DNA of 64,000 nt from an uncultured Nitrososphaerota archaeon (GCA_963799845.1 CAWCYI010000004.1:2016001-2080000), one strand, 5' to 3'; shown: positions 40,476-50,030, counted from the first letter of the stretch. The notes: a model not told the origin generated them from the sequence alone. Made by a program: numbers and translations.

Positions 40476-40996
40476 CGATAATTGTAACTTCTCAAACGCT
40501 TCGCGTCCTCGACGCTGCCAGCTCGCTGCAACGCCATATCGTATTCGGTGTCCTCGCTTACTAGGCCCGATTTCTTGGCTGCCTTCACCAATTCCATTAG
40601 GGCTGCAAGACCATTTTCAGCTGCCTCGCTGTTTGATTGCATACCGCCAGAGTGCATTTCGCCTTCCAAATTTTCCAGATACTCTTTCGCTGCCGAATAT
40701 TTGTCGTAAGAAATCGCTGGACGCGAAACAGAAGAAACGCCCATCTCTACGATCCGGTAGTGCAGATTTTCTTTCGCCCATTTCTGCTCTGCTTTATTCA
40801 GACCTGAATCCCTCAGCATATCTTCCCAGCTGTACATGCCGCTAAACTGAGAATCCATTGCATCATTGACCTTTCCAATCACATACTCTTTGTTAATCGG
40901 CTCGGGAGATCGTCTATCGGAACCTCTGCTCTTTCTCATTCTGTCCCGTCCGTGATGGGAATTCGATTTGCGGTTAGGGTACTGATGGCTCGGCAT
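40472..40996 (-). CDS. Leader-tagged hypothetical protein
   Basis: MPSHQYPNRK. Confidence 0.75.
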   Translation of the reverse strand: MPSHQYPNRKSNSHHGRDRMRKSRGSDRRSPEPINKEYVIGKVNDAMDSQFSGMYSWEDMLRDSGLNKAEQKWAKENLHYRIVEMGVSSVSRPAISYDKYSAAKEYLENLEGEMHSGGMQSNSEAAENGLAALMELVKAAKKSGLVSEDTEYDMALQRAGSVEDAKRLRSYNYR

Positions 40997-41014
40997 GATC
41001 TAAAAACACGTTTT

Positions 41015-41376
41015 CTAATCCGTTTCTTCTCTGTGCCGCATCATCTCGGCTTTCTCAAGCATCGCCACTCGCCTCTGGCCCTTTGTACTTGCAAAGTACT
41101 CTATCCTCGTGGGCTTTTCCTGTCCAAACTCCCAAGTCATGTTTGATTGCAGCAAATTCAAGTCCGACAAGTGATGTACCAGCTCTCTATCTTCCTCGGT
41201 CCTCGGAATGAAGGTCTTATTCTTCACAATGTACGCCAGCATTGCATCTTCTCTCTCTGTCGGCCCAGGTTCATCCACAAATCGCACCACTGGCGAAGAG
41301 CTCAGATTCGTAATCCTAGTGGCGCGCGCGCGCGGTTCACCGCTTTGCGATTAGGATAGTGCTGGCGGTTTCCCAC
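41015..41376 (-). CDS. Leader-tagged wHTH-like protein, frameshifted at a (CG)n tract
   Basis: MGNRQHYPNRK at 41376 is 2 nt out of frame with 41015-41290; CG repeat at about 41322-41334. Confidence 0.6.
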
Positions 41377-41401
41377 GATCTAAAAATGCGGTTTTTCTCT
41401 C

Positions 41402-42544
41402 GTGCCTCGCGGGAAATCTTCACGCCATCACTACGGAAAGCGGAGAAGATCCACGCCCGAATACACAGGGCCGTATATTCGCAGAGAACCACAGGGCGAT
41501 TATGGCAGGTATCTGGGTCGCTCGACTTCCTCACGCCGATTGAATCAGCTCCAATGGATGCGCCGAAACAAAGAAACGCTTTCCAAAATTGATGAAGAAC
41601 AGCTTGAGTATGGAGAGAAGCATATCCTAAACGATGAGGTAGAGTACGCAGTAGCGAAATTTCTCACGAGTCCACCAGGATTTGTCGCCGCTTTGAAAGC
41701 AGCAAAGGCAGAGGGGAACATGGACGAGTACTGGCGAAAACTACGGAACCAAAATTACAATTCTCGCTGGTACGATCAGGATCCCTTCAACTACACTAAC
41801 CGCAAATTACAGATTGAGGCCGATGGAAAGGGTCTGCACGTCTTTGTGAAGGGCGGTCCGAAACGGTTCATCAGCTACGAGGATATTTCCTGGAATTACG
41901 TCGATGTGGTATTTCCAGCGGACTATTACAGGAACATCTCCCAGAACATCGCGACAGGTCTGGGAGAGGCGCGGGTCAAGATTCTGGACGACCGTACAGC
42001 TGCCATCATCTCTGACGCAGAAGAATTAGACAGGATTGCGGGCGGCTATGATCAGGCTACCAAGCTGCGCCTAACTCCGAAGGGACAGCCGACCGTCGCC
42101 GACATTCTCCAACCTGGCGATACCATCGAGAGTATATTTGGAGATACCAAAACGGATCGGAAAGCCAACAGATCCGTGTACAAAGTCGTTCAGGTCAATC
42201 AGTTCAATGAATACGGTGGAATCCCAACTTGGAGTCTCGTCCTCGTGGATCCGAAACTCCCCCCGTTGAAAAACGGCGGTTACAGAGAGAACAATTACAG
42301 TGACATCAACGATCTTGTCGCTCAGGACGGAAAGATCCGCGCTCTATTCTACGCCAACGATGAGACACTGAACGTACTTAAGAAAGGGAAGCCAGCACCC
42401 GTGAAAAAATCCGAAGAACCTGCCATGTTCGCAAAGACGGTTCCAGCTCGACCGCCAAAGAAGGTCGACAAAGACCTAGAAGAGATCAAAGAATTCAACG
42501 AGTCCCATCAGGAATCCCTAGATCACTATTTCGATAGAAAGTGA
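41402..42544 (+). CDS. Leader-tagged 380-aa hypothetical protein
   Basis: MPRGKSSRHHYGKRRR. Confidence 0.8.
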   Translation: MPRGKSSRHHYGKRRRSTPEYTGPYIRREPQGDYGRYLGRSTSSRRLNQLQWMRRNKETLSKIDEEQLEYGEKHILNDEVEYAVAKFLTSPPGFVAALKAAKAEGNMDEYWRKLRNQNYNSRWYDQDPFNYTNRKLQIEADGKGLHVFVKGGPKRFISYEDISWNYVDVVFPADYYRNISQNIATGLGEARVKILDDRTAAIISDAEELDRIAGGYDQATKLRLTPKGQPTVADILQPGDTIESIFGDTKTDRKANRSVYKVVQVNQFNEYGGIPTWSLVLVDPKLPPLKNGGYRENNYSDINDLVAQDGKIRALFYANDETLNVLKKGKPAPVKKSEEPAMFAKTVPARPPKKVDKDLEEIKEFNESHQESLDHYFDRK

Positions 42545-42603
42545 TGTACTGGAAGAATGTTACCTCAGCTGCTCTATAACAGCCATTCAAATTTCGCTGC
42601 GAC

Positions 42604-42834
42604 ATGCGATCATTGGAAGTTGCGAAGCTGGTCGTTAAGCTCCGCGACAGAGAGCGAATATTCGGACAGCCCCTTATCGCTGACACTATCGCTTATCAGC
42701 CGTGTACTACTTGTGAGCGACACTCAAATTATCCAAACGTTCTTCCAGTTACAGAACATCGGAACGGGATATGCGTCATCTGTCAAGCTTCGCTAGAATT
42801 TTTCGCGCAGTATCAATTCGGCGGGCCGAGCTAG
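42604..42834 (+). CDS. Small Zn-finger protein
   Basis: CTTC...H...CVIC. Confidence 0.55.
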   Translation: MRSLEVAKLVVKLRDRERIFGQPLIADTIAYQPCTTCERHSNYPNVLPVTEHRNGICVICQASLEFFAQYQFGGPS

Positions 42835-43793
42835 CCCGTGAACAGGGATAGATCGACGTTGGGGTGTTCGTCGGTGTAGCGTTTCATATCTTGAGCTCGG
42901 TAGAACCTGACTTTCTGAGCAGCAGCAGGATTTCGCCTGTTTTCGAGGCCGATCTTCGCAGCTTCTTCTTTCATGTACCAATCCGCCTGTCGCGGTCCGT
43001 CCTCTGACCACGGGAATTCTGCAATTTTCTCTGGCTTACCGTTCCCGACCTTTCGATAGACTGTGTACGGGATCTTGAAAATGTCCTGTTCGCCAAAGGG
43101 CGCGTGATATGCCCTGAGCTAACATGCGGAATTGTGAGTCGTGCCTAGTAACAAGAAGGTGAATTCCCTCATGGATCAGGACTCCTTTCTGCTGCTCGTC
43201 GGTCAGGGTGAAGAACGAAGGATGGACCTGTAAGATCGTGTACATCGCGCGTTTGCCGTCGACCTCTCTTGAAGTGCGGATTACTCTCGCGATTGCCCGC
43301 TGCTCGGGGATTATCTGGGCCGTAAGATCTCACTGCCAGTCCTCTTGAACAGAATCGCCAGGACAACTTCCCATTTCGCGGAGAGGCCATTGATGAGAGT
43401 GTTTTCGGCATCTGTGTTTGGTTCGTACTTGAAAGCAGTATCGATTTGCTTTTCCAGATCAACAACTTTGTCTCCCAGTTTCTCGCGCTGAATGGCTTTC
43501 TTGGCGATAACTTCCTCGGCAACCTTTTGCGTTCCCTTATCGGAAATGTCTTGTAGCAGCTTGTCGAGTTTCTTCGGATCCTTTAGAGCCTTATGGACGT
43601 ACTCTTGCGCGTCCTTTCCAATTTGTTCACGCTCTTTCTCCAAGTATTGCTTATCCAGAGTCTCTTTGATCTTCGTCCCGTGTTTTTTAGGCGGTTTCCG
43701 AGAGAACGATTCCAGCGGTTTCTCGGAAGCAAGAAAGTATCCGTGTCTGGGCCGTAATTTTCGTCGCTTCACTGGATAGTGCCGCTTGGACAT
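42831..43793 (-). CDS. Leader-tagged SprT-like zincin metallopeptidase, frameshifted
   Basis: MSKRHYPV...GYFLAS leader; downstream frame has VLIHEGIHLLVTRHDSQF (HExxH...H); 3' end approximate. Confidence 0.65.
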
Positions 43794-43797
43794 TTCC

Positions 43798-44502
43798 CTA
43801 TGCCTTTAGCGATGAGAGAAACTTTCTGAGAGATTCAGTCGGCAGCTCCTTTTGGCTTACGTATGGGGCAATGGTAACAAAGCCATCTGGGCCCGAGACA
43901 ATCAGTACTTTGTGATCCGCGCCCCAATCCTTCTTACTCAAATATGAAAATGAAATCTGCGTTGGTTTTTCACTCCCTCGGTTAAGAGTTTGAATCGCTC
44001 TCAAGATGTATTCAGCCCTGATGTTAGCCCCATCGATCTCGAAGAAGGAATTCTTTTTCGCTCTCTCCCTTAGATCGCGTTTCAACGTCTCGGTGATGAG
44101 GATATTTTTCGCGACGGGTGTTTGGTCCTTTGTACCTTTGAATTTTGAAATCTCATCGGTGAATCCGATTGTCGCCTCAGTATTCGTGATCAGACCGCCG
44201 CTAAGGTAAGCAGCACCCTTCATTTGCCTTTCCAAAAGTTTCTCCGCAGTGTTGAGCTCCGCAGTGTTGAGCTTCTTGGTAACATCACCATTTGCCGCGT
44301 AGAACCTGGGTACTGCTGAATTATATTCGAGTGGTAGCGGCTTTTCGCGAAAGTGATGTTCTTCCTCTGCAACTTTGGGAACAGGTCTGGGTACTTCTCG
44401 CTTCGTCTTTGCAGCAACAGCAGCTCGGGGAAGCGATCTGTTCTTAGCTGGCTGCCGCTGCGGATAGTGCTTCGGACGAGAGCCAACGAGGAAGTACTTC
44501 AT
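43798..44502 (-). CDS. Leader-tagged protein with possible sliding-clamp-like C-terminal fold
   Basis: MKYFLVGSRPKHYPQR; 'IRAEYILRAIQTL...VLIV...VTIAP' resembles the clamp C-terminal pattern (weak). Confidence 0.65.
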   Translation of the reverse strand: MKYFLVGSRPKHYPQRQPAKNRSLPRAAVAAKTKREVPRPVPKVAEEEHHFREKPLPLEYNSAVPRFYAANGDVTKKLNTAELNTAEKLLERQMKGAAYLSGGLITNTEATIGFTDEISKFKGTKDQTPVAKNILITETLKRDLRERAKKNSFFEIDGANIRAEYILRAIQTLNRGSEKPTQISFSYLSKKDWGADHKVLIVSGPDGFVTIAPYVSQKELPTESLRKFLSSLKA

Positions 44503-44517
44503 GCTAGAAAAAGGAAA

Positions 44518-45662
44518 CTAGAGTAGTCCAGCACGGTGAACTGTGTCGAAGATTTCGAGATCCGTTGCGGTTCTCCCTCGGTCATGCCGCTGGATGGCCT
44601 CAATGTAAATCCGCCGTTGCTGCTCTTTTGTCAGGGGTTTGCCCTTCCGTTTCACCAGCGCGGTACCAGCTTTATTCCAGTGATAGATCCCGCCAGAAAG
44701 ATCGGTTTCCGCTTTCAGCATCGCGACCTGTTTCAAATCCTCAAAATTCAGCACGTTCAATTCCTCGCGAGTGTACTTCTTGAAATACATCTTGAGATCC
44801 TGCTGGACCTCTGGGAGAAAGGCTTTCGCGATTTCCCTCTTACCCCAACGCGCCTTAACATTGTTGTCCGGATCATACAGCGATTTTCTCGGTATCTCGA
44901 TCTCTTCCTCTTGCTTCGAGAGAATTTCGAGGATTCGAGAAAAGGGATAACCCTGATAGGAATAGAGTGGGGTCTGCTCTCCCTCGATCAGTTTGTAAAA
45001 TGCAAAGATGTACTGACCTGGTTTCACTTTGAAAATCGTCGGTTCAATGTGCGAATCGATTCGCAGCACTTGGCTGAGCCACTTTGCATTGACGCCCTCA
45101 TCGGGAATCTTCGGATATTTTCCAATGGAAGCCAGAGCTGCTTTCTTATCTTCCTCGTATTCCGCAGTTTCCCTCTCGACCAACTTTTCTTCCTGCTTTT
45201 CTGCCGCTATCTTTTGCTGGATTTCCCTCGCGGTCATGGCCTCGACGTAGATGTTAGCCCGAGACAGTTCGGAATCGAGATCGTGCCAGGAGTCCGAGGC
45301 AATCGCAAAATCAACCTGATCCAATTTGTCATCGAACACGACTGAATCCCCGCCGTGAGCTTGGAAGGCTGCTTTCCTGAATTCATACCATTTCTGTAAC
45401 GCCCCAATAGGCAGAAGCTTCCTTTTCCTTCCAAATTGGAGATCTGAACGGTACTTGCGGAACCAAACATCATAGAGTCTCTTTACTGTGGGAGATATTC
45501 TGTAATGGTACTTGCGAGATTTTCGCAGTTTGATTTTCTTAGTCTCTTGAGGAACAGGAGCTGGCTTGGGCCGGGGATCGGTCGCTTGATCTTCGGTGCT
45601 AAACGTGGCGAAGGATTCCTGCGATATTCGTTAGGTTTTATGAGAAAATAGTGCTGCGCCAC
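44518..45662 (-). CDS. Leader-tagged protein, frameshifted near the 5' end
   Basis: GTG at 45662 gives MAQHYFLIKP...; main body is ORF 44518-45339. Confidence 0.55.
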
Positions 45663-45690
45663 CGCGAGAGAAAAACTACTTTTTCAACTA

Positions 45691-46515
45691 ATGCCGACTC
45701 GCAAGCATTACCCTGCGAAACCATCTCCAAACACAAATTACCTTGGCACAATGGATGCGTTCCTGGGAACCGCCAGTGGATCGGCAGCCCAAAAAACACC
45801 TGAAAAACGCGAGAGGATCGCGCCTCGAAGTGAAAAAAATGTGGGGCGCGGTTCTGTCTCGCAGAAAGGGAAGAAATCGAAAGCTCCACTCGACGCTGAA
45901 AAGATGACACCGGCGGAAGTGCTTGCGGAGATCCAGAATCTAACGCCTGTGAAGAAAGAGAAGGGTGGACCGCCTAACGTTACCCTGAACCCCGAGAAAC
46001 ACTTTGAGATTTTCACGTTTCATTACGGCGACCTAGTTATCCAGTCGGAGAAACCAATCGTCATTCAGTTCTTGCAGCGAGCTCGCGATCAGCTGGTCGA
46101 GATGGCTGATGACTCTGAAAACCTAGGCCCCACTCTTGCGGATCTGGAAGCCCAAGCCAAGAAGCTGCATAATCAATCACAGTTTTCCAAAGCTGAGGTC
46201 GAGCAAGTCGATAAAGGTCTGGAATATCTCGTGAAAAGACTGAGCGAGATTAGCGGCGTTCCAAGCAAAAGCGAGGAAGTCATGTCATTAGAGCAGCAGA
46301 TCACAACACTGGAAAAACGCGGAGAGGTAGACCCGTACGCTATCAGCGCGGAACGTCTCGCAAAGGATCACCCTTTGACCAAAGCGGCGATTGAAGTGAA
46401 GAAGGTCGAGTTGAAGAATTTGCAGGAAGGATACCGATCCAAGAAAGAGTACGAGGCAGCCCTGGACTCAGCGACGAAGAAATACGCTGAGGAAAGAGCG
46501 AATTTGAGACGCTAA
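45691..46515 (+). CDS. Leader-tagged coiled-coil protein
   Basis: MPTRKHYPAK; helical, charged C-terminal half. Confidence 0.8.
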   Translation: MPTRKHYPAKPSPNTNYLGTMDAFLGTASGSAAQKTPEKRERIAPRSEKNVGRGSVSQKGKKSKAPLDAEKMTPAEVLAEIQNLTPVKKEKGGPPNVTLNPEKHFEIFTFHYGDLVIQSEKPIVIQFLQRARDQLVEMADDSENLGPTLADLEAQAKKLHNQSQFSKAEVEQVDKGLEYLVKRLSEISGVPSKSEEVMSLEQQITTLEKRGEVDPYAISAERLAKDHPLTKAAIEVKKVELKNLQEGYRSKKEYEAALDSATKKYAEERANLRR

Positions 46516-46535
46516 AAAAAGTGGGACGGGCGGAC

Positions 46536-46790
46536 TCAACGCCGTCTTTTATCGTACATGAGTCTGCCCTTTGAGACGTGCGTTCTTCCGCGAACAGGCT
46601 GCACACCACCATCGGATCGTACTCTGATCGCGCCGACTTTACGAGCGTGAGCCACCTCGTAATCTTCCCTCAAGTCGATTGATTTGTTCTCCCCTTTCGA
46701 GTGTCGTATGTGAGGATTATCGCCTGGTCTGCGTCCGCCTCTGCGTGGCTTCTTATTTCCGAAGTGATGGCCGCCTTTCTTCTTAGCCAT
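46536..46790 (-). CDS. Leader-tagged very basic small protein
   Basis: MAKKKGGHHFGNKKPRR from 46790. Confidence 0.7.
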   Translation of the reverse strand: MAKKKGGHHFGNKKPRRGGRRPGDNPHIRHSKGENKSIDLREDYEVAHARKVGAIRVRSDGGVQPVRGRTHVSKGRLMYDKRRR

Positions 46791-46827
46791 TGTGATCATA
46801 AAAGGCAAATTATTTTGTTGTACGACG

Positions 46828-47016
46828 CTACCATTTCGCTATCATGACACTTCGGCGCAAGACGCACTCTTTGTGTTCCCCGACACTCAATCGCCAACAT
46901 GCACAGTGGCAGACCCCGTGCTTCGCTCTGACGTGGACCCCATGAGGACACTCTTTCTCTAGGCCCCCGTGCAGCCGCTTCCAGCAGGGCGAGCAGACAG
47001 GGATCTGACGTTCCAT
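46828..47016 (-). CDS. Small Cys/His-rich Zn-binding protein
   Basis: CSPC...CPH...CHCAC...H..C. Confidence 0.5.
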   Translation of the reverse strand: MERQIPVCSPCWKRLHGGLEKECPHGVHVRAKHGVCHCACWRLSVGEHKECVLRRSVMIAKW

Positions 47017-47083
47017 CAGGCCCCACTAGAAGGCGAATTTGGTATTTGAGGTTACGTTAATTCGCTTTTTCTCCTAGTCTCGC

Positions 47084-48213
47084 ATGACCAAGAAGGGTAG
47101 CCACCATTTCTTCCTCGCCAGTCCGAAACCAAAGCGATCCCTTCTGTTCCAGCGAAGAAATCCAAGAGACATGGACGACGATCTTCGGATTACTCGAACT
47201 ATTCTCCCAACAGCAAATCTTCGGGACGGAAGCCACGAGCAGCAACCCCTCAGATCTCAGAGTCGAAACCGACCCCTGCGAAATTGAGTCAGGCTACAAA
47301 GAAACGCGAGGTAACTAATCTCGGGCAACCGATGTTGCTCTATCTGGACAAAGAAACTCCACGGCCGATCCCCACACCAGAGAAGGTGAAGTACCATTAC
47401 ACAGATTATTCAGAACGCGGAAAAATTGTGGAAGGATTCACCGAGGTTCCAGTGGTCTATCAGGCGTTCAATCAGATCGTCGTGCGGGTTCCTGATGATA
47501 TTCTGATGAAGGAAGATTACAAACGTGACGAGCCTTACTCCGTTGGAGATGCAACCGAGGACGCAGGCAAAGTTATCTTCTCTCCGTACATGCCTAAATC
47601 TTTCAAGACGTTAGAGGACGCTGCGCTCTACGCGAATACCGAGGCAAAGAAGGATATTGACCGCTGGACTCGGGATCGCAAGATCGACAACACCAGGTCA
47701 GAATATCTCGGACTAAAGTACGTCGGAAAGAATCGGACCGATGAAATTCCAAAAGACCAGGCGGAGAAATATTTTGGGAAAATCCCGATTGAGATCGCTG
47801 GAAAAGGAACGCGAGCTCAGACCTTCAACGAAGGCTTTCTCGGGCAGGGAACTGTCTACTCAATAACTGATTATGGTGATTACAAGCGGTTCTCAAAGCA
47901 AGACTTGATCGACAAGATGAGGGCGCGGCTGATGCAGAAAGGCGATGATGTTGGCCATGTGCAGTACGTAGATGTTGTCGATTCAAAGACGGGCGATATT
48001 GCAAACAAGCTTCTGATTACCACGTCGCGCAGCGGCTATTCAGTCGTTCCAGTGTTCGGAGAAACGACCGCAAAGAAACCTGACGTGTTCGCGAGCTTTA
48101 TGGAAGAACGTGCAATGAAAGAGGGAGCTGCGGGAACGGGTAGCCAAACTGACATGCGTACTCGGTTCACCGAAGCTAGGCGCAACGGCGGGCATCCTGA
48201 CTGGGCCCAGTAA
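47084..48213 (+). CDS. Leader-tagged protein, frameshift near 47135
   Basis: MTKKGSHHFFLAS; the frame of 47284-48213 stays open upstream to about 47135. Confidence 0.7.
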
Positions 48214-48830
48214 TGCCACACCATTATTTTCTTGCTAAACCGAGCAAGAAAACTCCCAGGAAGCCTCGACCCAAGAAAGTTTCAGCGGAACACTCGAGAA
48301 TCAGCCCGAAAATCACTCGAAGTACCGGAATCCCAATCACTATAGCGGGCACGACCTATGGATATGCAGGCGGCGGTTACAGCGGGGCGACGAAGGAATT
48401 GGACGAGACCGTTGTCCGCGAGTCTGAATTCATGGCGAAGGAATTCAAGAAACCCGTCGAGATCAGGTTCAACAGCGACAAGCAATCTGGCGGTGCATGG
48501 ATCAGAAATCAAAGCGGCAGCTCTCAGGTCGGCCTCTCCGCTGGACTCTATCCCACATTTCCGAAAGGAATGGATTGGGATTCTTACATCACGTCAAAAG
48601 GGCTGCAACAGACTTCTATTCAAAGGCAGATCGATGAGATCGATGAGCTTCCAAAGCATGTCGGTTACAATACGGTGGTCGATAAAGATGCTCTAAAAGC
48701 AGAGGCGTTGAACCGTTTCAACGGCCCCGACAACGAGAGCAGCAAGCACATTTTCCTGAATCACCCTTCCCTCAAAGCCGCAGCGGACTGGATTGCAAAG
48801 TACGTGGACAGATCCAAAATCATATCTTAG
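48213..48830 (+). CDS. Leader-tagged hypothetical protein
   Basis: MPHHYFLAKPSKK; TAATG overlap. Confidence 0.8.
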   Translation: MPHHYFLAKPSKKTPRKPRPKKVSAEHSRISPKITRSTGIPITIAGTTYGYAGGGYSGATKELDETVVRESEFMAKEFKKPVEIRFNSDKQSGGAWIRNQSGSSQVGLSAGLYPTFPKGMDWDSYITSKGLQQTSIQRQIDEIDELPKHVGYNTVVDKDALKAEALNRFNGPDNESSKHIFLNHPSLKAAADWIAKYVDRSKIIS

Positions 48831-48932
48831 ATGCCCCATCACTATTTCGGGGATATAGTCAGGACTCTAGAAATTGCCGCAGGATACTGTAACACAGTTG
48901 GGGGCAAGAGCTCGCGTGCTACTTTCGTGTAA
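48831..48932 (+). pseudogene. Truncated leader-tagged gene at the right junction
   Basis: MPHHYF followed by non-basic sequence and a stop after 33 aa. Confidence 0.5.
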
Positions 48933-49046
48933 CTTGAATAGTTGAAGAGAAAGACGATTTGTGAGCGTTCTACTTTCGCGAACACTCTGTCATTTCAATA
49001 GAGAGAAATATCTCTGGTCCGCAACAATCATCAGGCCAACAAGACA

Positions 49047-50030
49047 TTGCTCATCAAAGCCGCAATTGGACGGGTAGGACTCGTTTTTGTCCTTGCGATC
49101 ATCATAGTCATTGCAGGTGTGGGTGTCTATGCTTACACAGACACCTCCCAAATGACCACGGCCAAGACGACATCAGCGACAACGGCTTCTACCTTTTACT
49201 ATGCGACTACGTACACAACTCCGTTCATCATCACAAACACCACGATGTCAAACAACACGAAAACAGAAACCGTAGTTAGCAACAATACTGTGACGACGTC
49301 AACCGTCCCTTCTTCAGAGATTAATTCTACTTCTTTAGTCTCAGTGGTGGAGAGTTCTCAAACTCCTTGCATTCCTACCACTGGGTACATGGTGACAACG
49401 ACATTATCCGACCAGTCTACTACAACAGCGGTACAGATGGGATTCGATGGTACGACGTGTGATTTCGGAGATGCCCTCGATGCCCCTTCAGCGATCCTAA
49501 TTCCTGCAAATACTCTGACGTGGACAAACTTTCAATTGCAGAAGAATGGCAGCTACTTTGTTGGTGCTTCAATTGGTTTCTTAGCTGTGCCCGAAGCTAT
49601 AGGCGCTAATGTAACAGTCGCCTTTTACTTGAATGGTCATCATAACTCAAGCACAATATCACAAGTAAGTCAATCGCCGAATGAGGTGACCAACTTTTCA
49701 TTGATCCCCTCTTCTAACTCTTCTTCAAATTCGATCTTCGCCCTAAAGGGATTTACTCCAACTCTGGGAGTAGGCGGGCAAACAGGATGGGCGGTAAGTC
49801 TCAACGGAACCACTATAGCTATTGCTTTCGTAAGTGATAAGCCTCTGTGGCTTTTAGGTTGGACTCCAGAAGATATGTCAAAGGGCACAGGTCCTCAGTT
49901 TGGACAATCAGGCGGCCAGCTCAATGGCACGTACGAATGGCCTGACCCAGAATTATCTCTTCCTAATTCGTTACCGCAACCAACGACTACGTTAACATTT
50001 GAGCTTCGGATTTCAGGTGATTACTTCTAA
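49047..50030 (+). CDS. Surface protein with class III-like signal peptide
   Basis: KAAIGR plus hydrophobic stretch; Thr/Ser-rich linker. Confidence 0.8.
   Translation: MLIKAAIGRVGLVFVLAIIIVIAGVGVYAYTDTSQMTTAKTTSATTASTFYYATTYTTPFIITNTTMSNNTKTETVVSNNTVTTSTVPSSEINSTSLVSVVESSQTPCIPTTGYMVTTTLSDQSTTTAVQMGFDGTTCDFGDALDAPSAILIPANTLTWTNFQLQKNGSYFVGASIGFLAVPEAIGANVTVAFYLNGHHNSSTISQVSQSPNEVTNFSLIPSSNSSSNSIFALKGFTPTLGVGGQTGWAVSLNGTTIAIAFVSDKPLWLLGWTPEDMSKGTGPQFGQSGGQLNGTYEWPDPELSLPNSLPQPTTTLTFELRISGDYF

Larger units (their letters stand above)
4150..48850. mobile_element. Putative integrated or extrachromosomal element (virus-like or conjugative-like), boundaries approximate
   Basis: Intein-containing FtsK/HerA ATPases, ParB-like, Zn ribbons, wHTH, tightly overlapping ORFs, visibly higher GC than flanks, no housekeeping genes; att sites not found. 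Confidence 0.65.

Noticed and set aside
44536-45345. Long antisense ORFs (also 4254-4841, 6765-7388, 30387-30968, 13954-14478)
   Set aside because: Shadows of better-supported opposite-strand genes, with no recognisable motifs.
25570-48932. Leader as a Tat or Sec signal peptide
   Set aside because: Arg pairs occur, but no hydrophobic h-region or cleavage motif follows.
25570-48932. Recurring AAGCACTATCC as a CRISPR repeat or DNA recombination site
   Set aside because: Too short, irregularly spaced, always in frame near a start, and varies at synonymous positions; a secondary role as recombination microhomology is not excluded.
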